Origin: Malacoraja senta | Lineage: Eukaryota | NCBI GenBank assembly: GCA_038087875.1 | Contig: CM075979.1 | Span: 81,592,001 to 81,656,000, forward strand | Length of the DNA stretch: 64,000 bases | Direction: 5' to 3' | Shown: positions 61,280 through 64,000 of the stretch, piece by piece | Layout of the letters: the number at the start of each line of letters is the position of its first letter | Position numbering within the stretch: the stretch's first letter is position 1 | Position numbers and translations under genes: made by a program | The notes under the pieces: generated by a model | The model's database searches: none | What the model was told of the DNA's origin: nothing | What the model saw: only the letters and a program-made list of their open reading frames with translations

Positions 61280-61645
61280 TAAGATTGTTAAGGGCTTGGA
61301 CACACTAGAGGCAGGAAACATATTCCTGATGTTGGGGGAGTCCAGAACCAGGGGCCACAGTTTAAGAATAAGGAGTAAGCCATTTAGAACGGAGATGAGG
61401 GAACACTTTTTCTCACAGAGAGTGGCGAGTCTGTGGAATTCTCTGCCTCAGAGGGCAGTGGAGGCAGGTTCTCTAGATGCTTTCAAGAGAGAGCTAGATA
61501 GGGCTCTTAAAAATAGCGGAGTCAGGGGATATGGAGAGAAGGCAGGAACGGGGTACTGATTGGGGATGATCAGCCATGATCACATTGAATGGCTGTGCTG
61601 GCTCGAAGGGCCAAATGGCCTACTCCTACACCTATTGTCTATTGT
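61280..61645 (+). mobile_element. CR1 3' fragment
   Basis: KIVKGLDTLEAG...GYGEKAGTGY plus UTR. Confidence 0.88.
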
Positions 61646-61950
61646 CTCTGGATTGCCAATCCTGAACGCTCAACAGGGTACCCGTCTCCTGGTTCTTCCA
61701 TTGCTTCTGCTTGGGGAAGATGTGGAATGTTTTTTGAGGGTACACACTCATCAACCCATCTCTTTATAAAGTTGCCGATCACTGTGGCACATCGATACAG
61801 GTCCGCTGGTGCATCTTTGAACGTGGTCCGTCTGGGCCCACTGATTCGAAGCAGTCCTGTAACTGCTCCTCTGCCTGACCAGCATCTCATGGTTCTCTTC
61901 ACCATTCTTTAGTCAGTCCCTGCCCATAGGCAGGAAGAAGAAGCACAGGC
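61645..61950 (-). mobile_element. Rex1 LINE fragment (EN-RT linker)
   Basis: TTFKDA...ATVIGNFIKRWVDECVPSKNI. Confidence 0.6.
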
Positions 61951-61974
61951 AGGTGGTCAGATTTACCAAAACAC

Positions 61975-62312
61975 ACCGAATAGTGAAAGGCCTGGATAGA
62001 GTGGATGCGGAGAGGATGTTTGCACCAGTGGGAGAGTCTAGGACCAGAGGTCGTAGCCTGAGAATTAAAGGAGGTTTCTTTCGGAAGGAAATGAGGCGGA
62101 ATTTCTTTAGTCAGAGGGGGTTGAATCTGGAATTCCTAACCACAGAAGGCTGTGGAGGCCAGGTTATTTGATATTTTTAAGGCAGAGATAGATAGATTTT
62201 TGGTTAGTACGGTTGTCAGGGTTTATGGGAAGAAGGCAGGAGAATGGAGTTTAGAGGGAAAGATATGATTGAATGGCAGAGTAGACTTAATTCTGCTCCT
62301 ATTACTTATGAA
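61975..62312 (+). mobile_element. CR1 3' fragment
   Basis: IVKGLDRVDAERMF..VGESRTRG.SLRIKG. Confidence 0.82.
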
Positions 62313-62389
62313 CTTATTTTCCAAGGTTCTGGTGAAGGATGGAGCGATAGATGCCTCTGATGCTGGTATAGAACTGGTGAAATGCATTG

Positions 62390-62630
62390 GGGCAATCACC
62401 CTGTACACTAACGCTATCATGCACACTGGGGACAATTTACAATTTTACCAAAGCAAATTCACCTGCAAACCTGTACGTCTGGAGTGTGGGAGGAAACCGG
62501 AGCACCTGGAGAAAACCCACACAGTCGGAGGGAGAACGTACAAACTCCGTACAGACAGCACCCGTGGTCAGGATCGAACCCGGGTCTCTGGTGCTCTCAG
62601 GCAGCAACTCTACCGCTGCACCACTGTGTC
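62390..62630 (-). mobile_element. V-type SINE
   Basis: A/B boxes and core. Confidence 0.83.
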
Positions 62631-62696
62631 AGGGCCCATGGTCTTAGCTGCATCCACTGGCTCGAGCTGTTTCTTGATGGCACGTGGAGGAAGGAG

Positions 62697-62995
62697 TGAC
62701 ACAGTGGCGCTCCGGTAGAGTTGCTGCCTCACAGAACCCGAGACCCAGGTTCAATCCTGACTACGGCTGCTGTCAGTATGGAATTTGTGCCTTCTCCCAG
62801 TGACCGCATGGGTTTTCTTCCAATGCTCCCACACTCCAATGACATACAGGTTTGTAGGTTAATTAACTTCTGTAAATTGGAAATTGTCCCTAGTGTGAAG
62901 GATAGAACTAGTGTATGGATGATCGCTGGTCGACATGGACTCGTTGGGCCAAAGGGCCTGTTTCCATGCTGTATCTCTAAAGTCCAAAGTCTAAA
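62697..62995 (+). mobile_element. V-type SINE
   Basis: A/B boxes, core and tail. Confidence 0.85.
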
Positions 62996-63524
62996 TAACG
63001 ACCTTTGGGGTGCTATTGATGTTGCAATAGTGGCATTTATGTGGCAGGTCACTGCTGACCCAAGGATATTAATGGTTAATTTGTCGTAAGGTTATGGTAA
63101 TATCATTAAATGTCATGGGTGAATGGAGAAACTCTCTCTTGTTAAGAAATATACGTTGCTTGCCAATTTTCAGCTAATGGTATCGACAGGGAATGTTCAT
63201 CTATTGAGAATGGAATTGTGACATGATGAAGAAAGGCCATTGATGAGGATGCTTTGACCAAGGATCTCTGGCAACAATGTCATGGAGCTGGAGTGATTTG
63301 ACCTCCAAAAACCATAAGGGTCTTCCTTTGGCCAAGGTTGACTCCAGTTGTTGGGGTGATTCTCTCCTTGATGCTTGGTCATTTTCGTTTTCACTGGTTC
63401 TCCTTGATGCCACACCTGGACAAATATTGCCTTGATGCCATCTCACCCTCGCCCCAGTTTTGGAATCTAGATTTTTGGTCCATGTTGCGACAAAGTGTGT
63501 TGTAGTCTGGAGCCAAGTCTTGGC

Positions 63525-63825
63525 ATCATACCACACGGAAACAGGCCCTGCAGCCAACTCGTCCATACAGACCAAGATACCCTCATCTAAGCTAGTCCCA
63601 TTTGCTCACGTTTGGACCGTATTGCTCTTAATCTTTCCTATCCATGTATCTGTCCAAGTGTCTAAATGCCGTTGGTACCTGCCTCACTACCTCCACTGGC
63701 AGCTCGTTCCATATACAACACCCTCTGTGTGGAAAAAGTTCCTATTAAATCTTGCCCCTCTGAGCTTAGACCTATGGTTCTTGTTTTCCCTACCCTGGGT
63801 GAAATACCCTGTGCATTTACCCAAT
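63525..63825 (-). mobile_element. Degraded CR1 3' fragment
   Basis: CR1 3' UTR reverse complement. Confidence 0.65.
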
Positions 63826-64000
63826 CTGGTGAGTAAGAGTTGTTATTGACGACTTCTATTACTGTTGACGATTTAATTTGTTTGCGATTTGTGTATTGCA
63901 CATGCCAGGGTAATTGTCCACATTGTTGGGTAGGCACTAGTGTTGTAACTACATTGGATCAGCTTACAGGCGTGGTCAGTTCTGGAATGTATATCCTAAA

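Overview
Repeat-dense vertebrate genomic DNA, most likely from a cartilaginous fish (skate/ray). This is inferred from the repeat repertoire: CR1 LINEs with SGNH-esterase ORF1, about 25 tRNA-derived V-type SINEs with CR1-like tails, Rex1/Babar, L2, Penelope-like elements (PLE), a HERO derivative and a Ty3/Gypsy fossil. No intact host protein-coding exon is recognisable; the long ORFs are TE fragments or low-complexity GC-rich frames. A strong CpG island at about 50.3-52.8 kb carries + strand splice donors and probably marks the 5' end of an unidentified gene. The most notable signal is four short (about 140-200 bp) TSD-flanked non-autonomous retroelements from three sequence-distinct families (8423-8597 -, 20145-20313 -, 21731-21872 +, 24690-24885 +). 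Each begins, exactly at its TSD boundary, with a compact HDV-like double-pseudoknot ribozyme fold whose helices covary between families, and each ends in a (GAA)n tail. Three of the four resemble a Vingi/Ingi-like LINE 3' fragment at 13.7-13.9 kb, and two landed in the same position of the host SINE. The window also has many PLE-derived minimal hammerhead motifs, often as TSD-flanked palindromes. All calls are from manual reading; no searches or folding were run, and the boundaries of degraded repeats are approximate.
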